DNA of 64,000 bases, from contig CAVVEU010000008.1 of the NCBI GenBank assembly GCA_963747235.1, forward strand, positions 64,001 to 128,000, written 5' to 3'. Shown here piece after piece: positions 1-8,652 of the stretch (its first letter is position 1; every line of letters begins with the position of its first letter). The position numbers and the translations under genes are program-made. The DNA is from an uncultured Candidatus Rokubacteria bacterium (GTDB taxonomy: Bacteria > Methylomirabilota > Methylomirabilia > Rokubacteriales > CSP1-6). Below the pieces are notes generated by a model, which was not told the origin of the DNA, searched no databases, and worked only from the letters and a program-made list of their open reading frames with translations.

Positions 1-105
1 AACTCCTGCCCCGCTGCACCTTCGCGTGCCCGTTCGTTCGCGCCGCACGCCGATCGGGCTGTGCGTTGCCGGCCGATGCAAAACAATCTCTCAGGGAGGG
101 ATCCA

Positions 106-375
106 ATGGCGGATCTGACCGACAAGCAGAAGGACGACTACTGGCGGTACAACGTCAAGCTCACCACGATCCTGCTGGTGATCTGGTTCGTGGTGACGTA
201 TCTGATCTCCGGGCTGTGGGCGAGCTGGCTCAATCAGTACACGATGCTCGGCTTTCCGATGGGGTACTACATGGCGGCCCAGGGCTCGCTCGCGATCTTC
301 GTCGTCGAGATCGCGGTGTACGCCTACCTCATGAATCGCAAGGACGAAGAGTTCGGCATTCGCGAGGAGGCCTAG
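106..375 (+). CDS. DUF4212-family small membrane protein (solute symporter accessory subunit)
   Basis: YWRYN..LLVIWFVV..LGFPMGYYMAAQGS motif; GGAGG RBS upstream; directly precedes an SSS transporter. Confidence 0.88.
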   Translation: MADLTDKQKDDYWRYNVKLTTILLVIWFVVTYLISGLWASWLNQYTMLGFPMGYYMAAQGSLAIFVVEIAVYAYLMNRKDEEFGIREEA

Positions 376-378
376 CCC

Positions 379-2310
379 ATGAGCCTGGACAAGATCTTCG
401 GTCTCTACACCGTCTCGTTCCTCGCCGTGACGATCCTCATCGGCATCGGCGAGCTGGCCTTCGGCCTGCCCAACCGCTGGATCGGCTGGATCTTCATGGC
501 CCTGTCCCTCGTCATCTACATCGTGATCGGCGTGGTCACCCGCACCTCCAACCCCGATCAGTACTACGTGGCCGGCCGTGGGGTGCCCGCCTTCTACAAC
601 GGCATGGCCACCGGCTCCGACTGGATGTCGGCGGCCTCCTTCATCTCGATGGGCGGCGCCCTGTCCGCGCAGGGCTTCGCCGGGCTGGCGTACGTCATGG
701 GCTGGACCGGCGGCTACCTGCTGCTGGCCGTGTTCCTCGGCCCGTACCTGCGGCAGTTCGGCGCCTACACGATTCCGGACTTCCTGAGCGCCCGCTACGG
801 GGGTACGCGCGCCCGGGTCATCGGCGTCGTCGCCGCCGTCGCCTGCTCCTTCACCTATCTGATCGCGCAGGTCACCGGCGTCGGCCTGATCGTCTCACGC
901 TTCATCGGTCTCGACTTCAATGTCGGCGTCTTCGTCGGCCTGCTGGGCGTGCTGTTCTGCTCGGTGCTGGGTGGCATGCGCTCGGTCACCTGGACGCAGG
1001 TGGCGCAGTACATCATCCTGATCCTCTCGTACCTGGTGCCGGTCGTCTACCTCTCGTGGCAGCTCTTCTCGATCCCGATCCCCGAGCTGACCTACGGCCG
1101 TATCCTGCAGCAGAACAACACCAAGGCGATCGAGATCACGCGCGACGCCAAGGAGAAGGAGACGCGCGCGCTCTGGAAGAAGGACGCCGACGAGCTCAAC
1201 GCCAAGATCAAGGTCGGCGGCATCTCCGAGGCCGAGGTCGACAAGCTGAAGGGCCAGGCCGCGCTGGCGGGCCGGCAGGCCACCGCGCCGGCGGCCAGCG
1301 ACGACGCCACGATCAGCCGGTATCTCACGGTGCCGACCGGCGTCGGCATGTGGAACTTCCTGGCCCTCACGTTCTGCCTGATGGTGGGCACCGCGGGCCT
1401 GCCGCACATCCTGACCCGCTACTACACCACGCCCTCGGTGCGCCAGGCGCGCACCTCGGTGGCGTGGTCGCTGTTCTTCATCTTCCTGCTGTACTTCACC
1501 GCGCCGGCCTACGCGGCCTTCGCGCGCTTCACGATCTACGCCAAGCTGGTCGGCACCAAGGTCGCGGAGCTGCCACGCTGGGTTACGCTCTGGCAGCCCG
1601 CCGGCCTCTTCGACGTGGTGGACAAGAACGGAGACGGCATCGTGCAGTGGGCCGACTTCGTGGTCAAGAGCACCGACTTCGTGGTGCTGGCCATGCCCGA
1701 GATCGCGGGCCTGCCGTTCGTGATCACCGGCCTCGTGATGGCGGGCGGCCTCGCGGCCGCGCTCTCCACCGCGGACGGGCTGCTGCTCACGATCGCCAAC
1801 GCCATCTCGCACGATCTCTACTACAACGTCATCGATCCGAGCGCCTCGCTCACCAAGCGGCTCACCATCACCAAGGTGCTCCTGGTGGTGACCGCGCTCA
1901 TCGCGGCCTGGGTGGCCACCTTCCGGCTGTCCCTGATCGTGGAGCTGGTGGCCTGGGCCTTCAGCCTGGCCGGCGCGTCGTTCTTCCCCGCGCTGGTCAT
2001 GGGGATCTGGTGGAAGCGCGCCAACAAGGCGGGCGCGGTGGCCGGCATGATCCTCGGCCTCGGCATCACGACCTACTACATGGTCGGCAGCCGCTTCTAC
2101 GGGGTGTCCTGGTTCGGCACGCAGACGATCGCGTCGGCGATCTTCGGCCTGCCCGCCGGGTTCCTCACCATCTGGATCGTCTCGCTGCTGACCGCGCCGC
2201 CCCCCAAGGCGGTGCAGGACCTCGTGGTCAGCGTCCGCTATCCGAAGTCCGGTCAGGGGACCGCGCGTGTCGGCCCAGGGCATCGGGCTCGGCCAGCACT
2301 GATCGTCTGA
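379..2310 (+). CDS. Sodium:solute symporter, ActP/VC_2705-like (probable acetate/monocarboxylate permease)
   Basis: YYVAGR, NGMATGSDWMSAASF, GTAGLPHIL, AAALSTADGLLL motifs; many TM helices. Confidence 0.92.
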   Translation: MSLDKIFGLYTVSFLAVTILIGIGELAFGLPNRWIGWIFMALSLVIYIVIGVVTRTSNPDQYYVAGRGVPAFYNGMATGSDWMSAASFISMGGALSAQGFAGLAYVMGWTGGYLLLAVFLGPYLRQFGAYTIPDFLSARYGGTRARVIGVVAAVACSFTYLIAQVTGVGLIVSRFIGLDFNVGVFVGLLGVLFCSVLGGMRSVTWTQVAQYIILILSYLVPVVYLSWQLFSIPIPELTYGRILQQNNTKAIEITRDAKEKETRALWKKDADELNAKIKVGGISEAEVDKLKGQAALAGRQATAPAASDDATISRYLTVPTGVGMWNFLALTFCLMVGTAGLPHILTRYYTTPSVRQARTSVAWSLFFIFLLYFTAPAYAAFARFTIYAKLVGTKVAELPRWVTLWQPAGLFDVVDKNGDGIVQWADFVVKSTDFVVLAMPEIAGLPFVITGLVMAGGLAAALSTADGLLLTIANAISHDLYYNVIDPSASLTKRLTITKVLLVVTALIAAWVATFRLSLIVELVAWAFSLAGASFFPALVMGIWWKRANKAGAVAGMILGLGITTYYMVGSRFYGVSWFGTQTIASAIFGLPAGFLTIWIVSLLTAPPPKAVQDLVVSVRYPKSGQGTARVGPGHRARPALIV

Positions 2311-2359
2311 CCCGGCGCGGGCAGGGGTGGATTGCGCCCCTGCCCGCGCCACCACGCTC

Positions 2360-2647
2360 ATGCATACGCTGATCTACCGGCTCCTCGTCCTGGTATGGTT
2401 TCTGTCGTACATGGCCGCCATCTACCTCGCCCTGCACATGATCGTGGCGCGCTTCACCCGGGGGCCCGATAGCCGCCTGCTCTGGTTCTTCTCCGTGATC
2501 ACCGGGCCGCTCACCCGGCCGGCCCGGGCCTGGGTCTCGGCGGGCACGTCCGAGGGGCGGGTGCGGCTGATCACCCTGCTCGCGCTGGTCGCCCTCTGGC
2601 TCGGCGCGCGGCTGCTGCTCGGCACCATGGGCGGCCTGGACTTCTGA
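2360..2647 (+). CDS. Small membrane protein (YGGT-like topology), function unknown
   Basis: Hydrophobic 95-aa ORF in operon position, WFF.VITGPL segment. Confidence 0.65.
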   Translation: MHTLIYRLLVLVWFLSYMAAIYLALHMIVARFTRGPDSRLLWFFSVITGPLTRPARAWVSAGTSEGRVRLITLLALVALWLGARLLLGTMGGLDF

Positions 2648-2664
2648 CCGGGCGCGAGGTCTCC

Positions 2665-3102
2665 ATGCTCCGTCTGGCCGGGACCAACGCGCTCGCGATC
2701 GTGACGTTCGCCCTGATCTATGCCGCGGGGGGCTCGCGCTGGCTCACCCAGGGGGCCTTTCTGGCCGGCCTGGCCGTGTTCTTCATCTCGCTCACCGCGC
2801 TGTGGGTCTACGTCGAGCGCACGCGGCCCGGCGCCCGCGACGTCCTGAGCCGCATCGGCCGCGGGGTGCTCGCGCTGGTCGTCGTCGTGATCGGGCTCCC
2901 CGCGGTCGTGCTGGCGCCGCTCTTCGCCCTGCAGGAGGTCCTGCCCCCGGACGCCGGGTTCGCCGACGTCGTGCGCCCGGTCATGGTCCTCCTGCTGCTC
3001 GCGCTGGTCCTCGTGATCGCGATGAACGTGGCGGGCGCCGTGGTCCTGGCCGTGTCGGGGCTGCGCTCGCGGCTGTCCCGCGGCCGCGGCGCCGCGCCCT
3101 AG
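2665..3102 (+). CDS. Hypothetical 4-TM membrane protein
   Basis: Four hydrophobic segments, GAGG RBS, co-oriented in operon. Confidence 0.6.
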   Translation: MLRLAGTNALAIVTFALIYAAGGSRWLTQGAFLAGLAVFFISLTALWVYVERTRPGARDVLSRIGRGVLALVVVVIGLPAVVLAPLFALQEVLPPDAGFADVVRPVMVLLLLALVLVIAMNVAGAVVLAVSGLRSRLSRGRGAAP

Positions 3103-3118
3103 CCGGGCCGGACCCGCC

Positions 3119-4953
3119 GTGGACTCCGATCTCGACGCGCTCCTCTCTCGGTTGCCGGGTTGCGCCCACCTCGACGAGTCCGCGCGGGCCGCGCTCGCGG
3201 CCGGCTCGCGCGCCGAGCAGTGGCCGGCCGGCGCCCGGATCCTGACCGAGGGGGACCCCGCGCCGGACTGGCTCGGGATCATCGAGTCGGGAGCGATCCG
3301 CGTGTCCGGCCCGGGGCTGGAGGGCGAAGCTCCCGCGGACTCCCTGGGGCCTGGTGACGTCCTCGACCCCGGGACGCCCGGCCTGCCTGCCGCCTGCTCG
3401 ATCGTCGCCGTGGAGACGACCCGCGCCCGGCTCGTTCCGCGCTCGCTGGTGGCCCGTCATCGCGGCGCGCTGGCGCTCGAGCCCACGCCCGGCTATCGCG
3501 GCGAGATGAGTCTGTTCCTGCGTCACGTGGGCGATCTGATCAAGGGCCCGCCGGTGACCTGCGCGCCGGGCGTCACGGTGGCCGCGGTGGCCCAGTTGAT
3601 GACCCGACGGCGTATCGGATCGGTGATCGTGCTCGGCGTGGACGGCGCCCCTGCCGGCATCGTCACCGACCGCGACCTCCGGACTCGGGTGGTGGCGCCG
3701 GGGCTGCCGGCCGAGCACGGTGGTCGGCCAGGTCATGTCGAGTCCCGTCATCGGCATCAGCCCCGGCGCGCTCGCCTTCGACGCCCTGCTCGAGATGACG
3801 CGTCGGGGAATCCGCCATCTGGCGGTGATGGCCCGCGAGGGACTCCTCGGCGTCGTCTCCAGTCATGACCTCGTGCTCCTGCAAGGGGCCCAGCCCGTGG
3901 GCCTGGCCCGCGAGATCGAGGCCGCCGCATCGGAGGAGGGCCTCGCCGCCGTGGCCTCGCGCGTTCCCTCGGTGGTGAGGTGGCTGGCGGGTGGCGGTGC
4001 CGGCGCGGCGGAGACCGGCCGCCTCGTCGCCGAGCTGAACGACCGGCTCGTGCGGCGCGCGCTGGACCTGGTCCTGTCGGCCACCGAGGCGGCGGGCGGA
4101 GGCGGGCCTCCGGTGCCGTTCACATGGCTCGCGGCCGGGAGCGAGGGCCGGCGCGAGCAGACGCTCAAGACCGATCAGGACAACGGCCTGGTCTACCGGG
4201 ATCCGCCCGCCGGCCAGGAGGCGGCCGCGGCGGCCTACTTCGAGCGATTGGCCACTCGCATGGGCGAGGCGCTCAGCCGGCTCGGGTTCCCGCCCTGCGC
4301 GGGCGGTTTCATGGCCTCCAATCCGCGGTGGTGTCAGCCGGAGCGGGTCTGGCGGCGGTACTTCGAGTCCTGGATGGAGACGCCCGAGCCGGAGGCGCTC
4401 GTGCGCGCCTCGCTGTTCTGCGACCTGCGACCGGTGGCAGGCGACGAGCGGGTCGGGGCCGCCCTGTGGGAGTGGGTGTGCGAGCGGGCCCCCTCCCGGA
4501 TCCTCTTCCTGCGCCACATGGCCAAGAGCGCCCTCGAGCGCCGCGCCGCTGGGCTTCCTGGGCGGCTTCGTGCTCGAGCGATCGGGCGCGCACCGGAATC
4601 AGCTCGATCTCAAGGCGAGGGGAATCTTCCCGCTCACCCAGGCCATGCGGACCTACGCCCTGTCCCTCGGGCTGCGGGACACGAACACGCTCGATCGCCT
4701 CACGGCGGCGGGCGCGCGCGGGCTGTTCACCGCGTCCGAGGTCGCCGAGGTATCCGACGCCTATGAGGTCATGGCGCGCCTGCGGCTTCGCCGCCAGCTC
4801 GCGTGCCTCGATGCCGGCGCGGCGCCCGACAACTTCATCGACCCGCACACGCTGGGGAAGACCGATCGCCTGCTCCTGAAGGAAGCGTTCAGGACCATCG
4901 CCTGGGTCCAGCGCCATCTCGAGGACCGGTTCCAGACCGCGCTGGTGACCTGA
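3119..4953 (+). CDS. cNMP-binding + CBS pair + DUF294 nucleotidyltransferase-like protein (frameshifts near 3720 and 4545)
   Basis: Pieced from ORFs 3119-3868, 3720-4766, 4570-4953: cNMP-like N-terminus, CBS GIVTDRDLR, GSEGRREQTLKTDQDNGL, GFMASNPRW, DLKARG. Confidence 0.88.
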
Positions 4954-5972
4954 TGCGCCTCGAGCGGAAGCTGACCCTGGCCGTGCTGGGCCTCTTCATC
5001 CCGCCCACGGTGGTGGCCGGTCTCGTCCTGCTGCTCCTCTATCGGCGCGGGCTCCTCGAGGACCCCGCCAGCCTGCTGGCCGCCGTGCTCATCGGCCTCG
5101 GCGCCATGGTGGGGTACCTGATCCTGGTCGCCCGCGGCATTGGCCACGCGCTCGTCCGGACCATCGAGGAGCTCCGGCACGGCGCCGAGCTGATCGCCAC
5201 CGTCAATCCCGAGCATCGCCTCGATGTCCGGACCGGAGACGAGCTGGAGGCGCTCGGCGACGAGATCAATCGGCTGGCGGATCGACTCCGCGTGGCCCGC
5301 GCAGGGCTCCGGGACGACGACTTCTCGCTCCTGGAGACAGTGGAGCGTCATGTCGGGCCCGCCGAGCGCGAGCACCGTCTCGACGCGCTCACCTTCGTGG
5401 TCTTCGACACCGAGACGACCGGGCTCCGGCCGGAGGCGGGCGACCGCGTCGTGTCGCTCGCGGGCGTCCGGGTGCGGGGCGGGCGGGTCAGACACCACGA
5501 GAGATTCGACACGCTGGTGGATCCGGGCCGCGAGGTGCCGGAGGAGAGCGTGCGAATTCACGGGATCACCGCCGCGATGCTCGTCGGCGCGCCGCGCCTG
5601 GAGACCGTGCTGCCGGCGTTCCTCGAGTTCGCGGGCCCGGCCGTGCTGGTCGGGCACGAGGCCTCGTTCGACCTGCGGTTCCTGGAGCCGGAGGCGCGTC
5701 GGCTGGGTCTGCCGTCGCTCGCGGAGTCCCGCCCCATCCTGGACACGCGCCTCCTGTCCCGGAGCCTTCACGGCCCCGGCGAGTCACACACGCTGGACGC
5801 CGTCGCGCTGCGCCTGGGGGTGACGATCACCGACCGGCATTCCGCCCTCGGCGATGCCCTGATCACGGCCGAGGTGCTGGTGCGCCTGCTCACGCTGATC
5901 CAGAAACGCGGGATCCTCACCCTCGGGCAGGCGCTGGACGCGGTCCGCCGCGCTCGCCGGGTCACCATCTAA
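4953..5972 (+). CDS. Membrane-anchored HAMP-domain DEDDh 3'-5' exonuclease (DnaQ-like)
   Basis: Two N-terminal TM helices, HAMP (GDELEALGDEINRLA), ExoI DTETTG, ExoII GHEASFD, ExoIII RHSALGDA; start overlaps upstream TGA. Confidence 0.88.
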   Translation: MRLERKLTLAVLGLFIPPTVVAGLVLLLLYRRGLLEDPASLLAAVLIGLGAMVGYLILVARGIGHALVRTIEELRHGAELIATVNPEHRLDVRTGDELEALGDEINRLADRLRVARAGLRDDDFSLLETVERHVGPAEREHRLDALTFVVFDTETTGLRPEAGDRVVSLAGVRVRGGRVRHHERFDTLVDPGREVPEESVRIHGITAAMLVGAPRLETVLPAFLEFAGPAVLVGHEASFDLRFLEPEARRLGLPSLAESRPILDTRLLSRSLHGPGESHTLDAVALRLGVTITDRHSALGDALITAEVLVRLLTLIQKRGILTLGQALDAVRRARRVTI

Positions 5973-5991
5973 CCTGCGACGGCCGCTCAAC

Positions 5992-6000
5992 TTATCCACA
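5992..6000 (+). promoter_or_regulatory. Perfect DnaA box TTATCCACA
   Basis: Exact 9-mer consensus in an intergenic region of a very GC-rich sequence. Confidence 0.55.
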
Positions 6001-6015
6001 GCCCAGAAGTGACAT

Positions 6016-6042
6016 ACCCACTGACGAATTTTCCCAGTGGGT
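6016..6042. promoter_or_regulatory. 8-bp inverted repeat ACCCACTG-N11-CAGTGGGT, candidate activator site
   Basis: Perfect dyad about 90-115 bp upstream of a sigma54-type motif. Confidence 0.35.
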
Positions 6043-6130
6043 GCCGGGCGTTTTGCCCCAGCGGTTTCCCCTCCATCGCCGTTGTCCAACGAATATCGGG
6101 GGTTTTCGCACGTCTCTTCCATGCAGCGGC

Positions 6131-6147
6131 CAGGCACAGGCCTTGCA
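6131..6147 (+). promoter_or_regulatory. Sigma54 (-24/-12) promoter
   Basis: CAGGCACAGGCCTTGCA = GG-N10-GC with GGCAC and TTGCA, 48 bp before the TraR/DksA start. Confidence 0.6.
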
Positions 6148-6194
6148 GCTAGCTGCGCCAACCGGGCGAGCCGGGTCGGAGCGATCCGGCGCCC

Positions 6195-6617
6195 ATGGAG
6201 GAGACGATGGACGAGATCAAGAAGCGCCTGGAGCGGGAACTCAGCCACACCATGCAGCGCATCCGGCACATGGGTGGGGTCAATACGATGGAAGAGCTCG
6301 GTGGCGGTCGGGGAGACAACACGCCGCTGGCCGACGAAGTGGACGTGATCCGGCTGAACGAGGATCGCGAGATGAACTTCGCCACGCGGAGCCTGCTGGT
6401 GGAGCGCGCCAACAAGCTGGCGGAGGCGCTCGAGCGGCTGCGGGGTGGAGAGTACGGGGTATGCGAGGAGTGCGGCGAGGCCATCGCGCCCGCCCGGCTC
6501 CGCGTCATGCCGGAGGTCACCACCTGCGTGCGCTGCCAGGACCGGCTCGAGCGGATGCTGCCGCGCCTGGAAGCGGTGGGCGCCGTGGTGGACGTGGACG
6601 AGCCCGAGGAAGACTAG
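6195..6617 (+). CDS. TraR/DksA C4-type zinc-finger protein
   Basis: Coiled coil with DEVD tip; ALERL..GEYGVCEECGEAIAPARL..PEVTTCVRCQ. Confidence 0.9.
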   Translation: MEETMDEIKKRLERELSHTMQRIRHMGGVNTMEELGGGRGDNTPLADEVDVIRLNEDREMNFATRSLLVERANKLAEALERLRGGEYGVCEECGEAIAPARLRVMPEVTTCVRCQDRLERMLPRLEAVGAVVDVDEPEED

Positions 6618-6627
6618 CCGCTGATCC

Positions 6628-7365
6628 CTAAGACCGGCCGAGCCGGGCCCGCAGCAGGCCCGGCCGGTCGGTGATGATTCCGGTCACACCCCACTCGACG
6701 AGCCGGTCCATCTGGGCCGGCTCGTTGACTGTCCAGACGTAACAGCCCAGCCCCGCTCCCCGGATCTCCCCGAGCAGCGACGCGGTCAGGACGTGCGCGC
6801 CGGGGCAGATCGCGCTGACCGCCGCCGGCCGCAGCAGGGCCGGGTCGACGGGCGCCTGCGCCACCAGCGCCCCGACCGGGATCTCGCGGTTGAGCGTCCG
6901 CACCCGCGCGATGGCCGCGTGATCGAAGGACTGCACCAGGACCCGGTCCACCACGTCGTAGATCTCGACCATCGAGACCACGCGCTCCTCGATGCCGGGA
7001 TAGAGGGCCGCGCCACCCTTGAGCTCGATCCAGAAGCGCGCACGGTCCCGGAAGCGCTCCAGGACCTCCTGGAGCGTCTGCACGCGCTGCCCGCGGAAGC
7101 GCCGGTCGTGCCAGCCGCCCGCGTCCAGGCGCTTGAGCTCCCGGACGCGGTGGTCGCTCACCGGTCCCGCGCCGTCGGTGGTGCGCTCCAGGGTGAAATC
7201 GTGGATGACCACCGGCTGCTCGTCGGCCGAGAGGTGCACGTCCAGCTCGATGCCGTCGGCCCCCTGCTCGAGGGCCAGCTCGAAGGCCGCGATGGTGTTC
7301 TCGGGCGCGTCGGCCGAGGCGCCGCGGTGGCCGATCACGAGGGGGCGCGCGTCCGCTCCGGGCAC
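6628..7365 (-). CDS. Glycerophosphodiester phosphodiesterase
   Basis: IGHRGAS..APENT, ELDV, HD.TLERTT, IELK, WTVN, IITDRP. Confidence 0.93.
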   Translation of the reverse strand: MPGADARPLVIGHRGASADAPENTIAAFELALEQGADGIELDVHLSADEQPVVIHDFTLERTTDGAGPVSDHRVRELKRLDAGGWHDRRFRGQRVQTLQEVLERFRDRARFWIELKGGAALYPGIEERVVSMVEIYDVVDRVLVQSFDHAAIARVRTLNREIPVGALVAQAPVDPALLRPAAVSAICPGAHVLTASLLGEIRGAGLGCYVWTVNEPAQMDRLVEWGVTGIITDRPGLLRARLGRS

Positions 7366-7400
7366 TGTCGGTCTCAGGCGGGGCGTGGCACTATCGGGCC

Positions 7401-8045
7401 GTGCGCACGCCCGTCATCGACGTCGTCCGGCCGGTCATCCGGCTCGGAGCGCGCTTCTACTTCCGCATCCGCTTCGAAGGCATCCACCACATTCCCCGCT
7501 CGGGCCCTCTCCTGATCGTGCCGAACCACGTCACGTTTGCCGACCCGGTCCTCGCGACCATTCCGGTGCGCCGGCCCGTCCACTACATGGCCTGGAACGC
7601 CCTGTTCCGCGTGCGCGGCCTCGCGTGGCTCATCCGTCGCCTGCGCGCCTTCCCGGTGGACCTCGACGCCGCCGACGCGGGCGCCACCCGGGCCGCGGTC
7701 CGCCTCCTCCGCGCCGGCGAGGCGGTCATGATCTTCCCCGAGGCCGGCCGGAGCCTCGACGGGCGGGTCCAGCGCTTCCGCCTCGGCGCGTTCCGGCTGG
7801 CCTGCTCGCTCGGCGTGCCCATCATGCCCGTGACCATCATCGGCGCGCACGAGTCCTGGCCGCCCGGTCGCCGCCTGCCACGGCCGGGCCGCCTCACCAT
7901 CGTCTATCACCCGGTGATCGCGCCGCCGGAGGGCGCCGACGCGAAGGGGGCCGCGCGGGACCTCGCCCATCGCGTGCACGCGGTGGTCGCGGCCGCGCTG
8001 CCCGCGCACCAGCGCCCGGACGCGCCGCGCGACCCGCCTGCCTGA
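7401..8045 (+). CDS. Lysophospholipid acyltransferase (PlsC family)
   Basis: NHVTFAD (HX4D) and FPEAGRS motifs. Confidence 0.88.
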   Translation: MRTPVIDVVRPVIRLGARFYFRIRFEGIHHIPRSGPLLIVPNHVTFADPVLATIPVRRPVHYMAWNALFRVRGLAWLIRRLRAFPVDLDAADAGATRAAVRLLRAGEAVMIFPEAGRSLDGRVQRFRLGAFRLACSLGVPIMPVTIIGAHESWPPGRRLPRPGRLTIVYHPVIAPPEGADAKGAARDLAHRVHAVVAAALPAHQRPDAPRDPPA

Positions 8046-8088
8046 GGCGCGAGCATTATACGGGCGTCCAGTGTATTCTCTCCCTCCA

Positions 8089-8622
8089 ATGGCACGTCGC
8101 GTCGCGTCCGCCATCCTCGTCCTCCACGGCCCGAATCTCAACCTCCTCGGCACCCGCGAGCCGGCGGTGTACGGCCGCGTCACGCTCGCGGAGGTGAACC
8201 GCGCGGTGCAGCGGCACGCGGAGCGCCGGGGCGCGCGGGCGGTCTGCCGGCAGTCCAACCACGAGGGCGAGCTGGTGGACTGGATCCAGGCGGCGGCGCG
8301 CGAAGGCTTCCGCGGCATCGTGTTCAACCCGGGCGCGCTGTCGCACTACTCGATCGCGCTGCGCGACGCGGTGGCCTCGGTGCGCGTGCCGGTGGTGGAG
8401 GTGCACCTCTCGAACATCCATGCTCGCGAGGAGTTCCGGCACCATTCGGTGGTCGCGGCGGCCGCGGTCGGGCAGATCTCGGGCTTCGGGCCATCCAGCT
8501 ACCTGCTCGGGGTGGATGCCCTCCTCGGCGCTCTCGCCCGCGCCCGGCGGCCGGCGGGCAGCCCCGCGGCGCCGGCCGTGAATGCGGGCGCCCTACCTGC
8601 CGTCCTACCCCCGATCGCTTAA
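8089..8622 (+). CDS. aroQ: Type II 3-dehydroquinate dehydratase
   Basis: [42 protein letters not shown]. Confidence 0.96.
   Translation: MARRVASAILVLHGPNLNLLGTREPAVYGRVTLAEVNRAVQRHAERRGARAVCRQSNHEGELVDWIQAAAREGFRGIVFNPGALSHYSIALRDAVASVRVPVVEVHLSNIHAREEFRHHSVVAAAAVGQISGFGPSSYLLGVDALLGALARARRPAGSPAAPAVNAGALPAVLPPIA
8578..8607 (+). promoter_or_regulatory. Candidate ECF-type autoregulatory promoter GTGAAT-N17-CGTCCTA
   Basis: ECF-like -35 and CGTC -10 about 45 bp upstream of the ECF gene, inside the aroQ 3' tail. Confidence 0.3.
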
Positions 8623-8652
8623 GGGGCACGAGGGCCACGGCCGGGTCCGGCC

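Noticed and set aside
66-2372. 768-aa alternative-frame ORF and many other long overlapping or antisense ORFs (e.g. 8659-11226, 28950-30947, 31478-33973, 46475-49228)
   Set aside because: Arg/Gly/Pro-rich shadow frames expected at this GC content; each overlaps a gene with clear family motifs.
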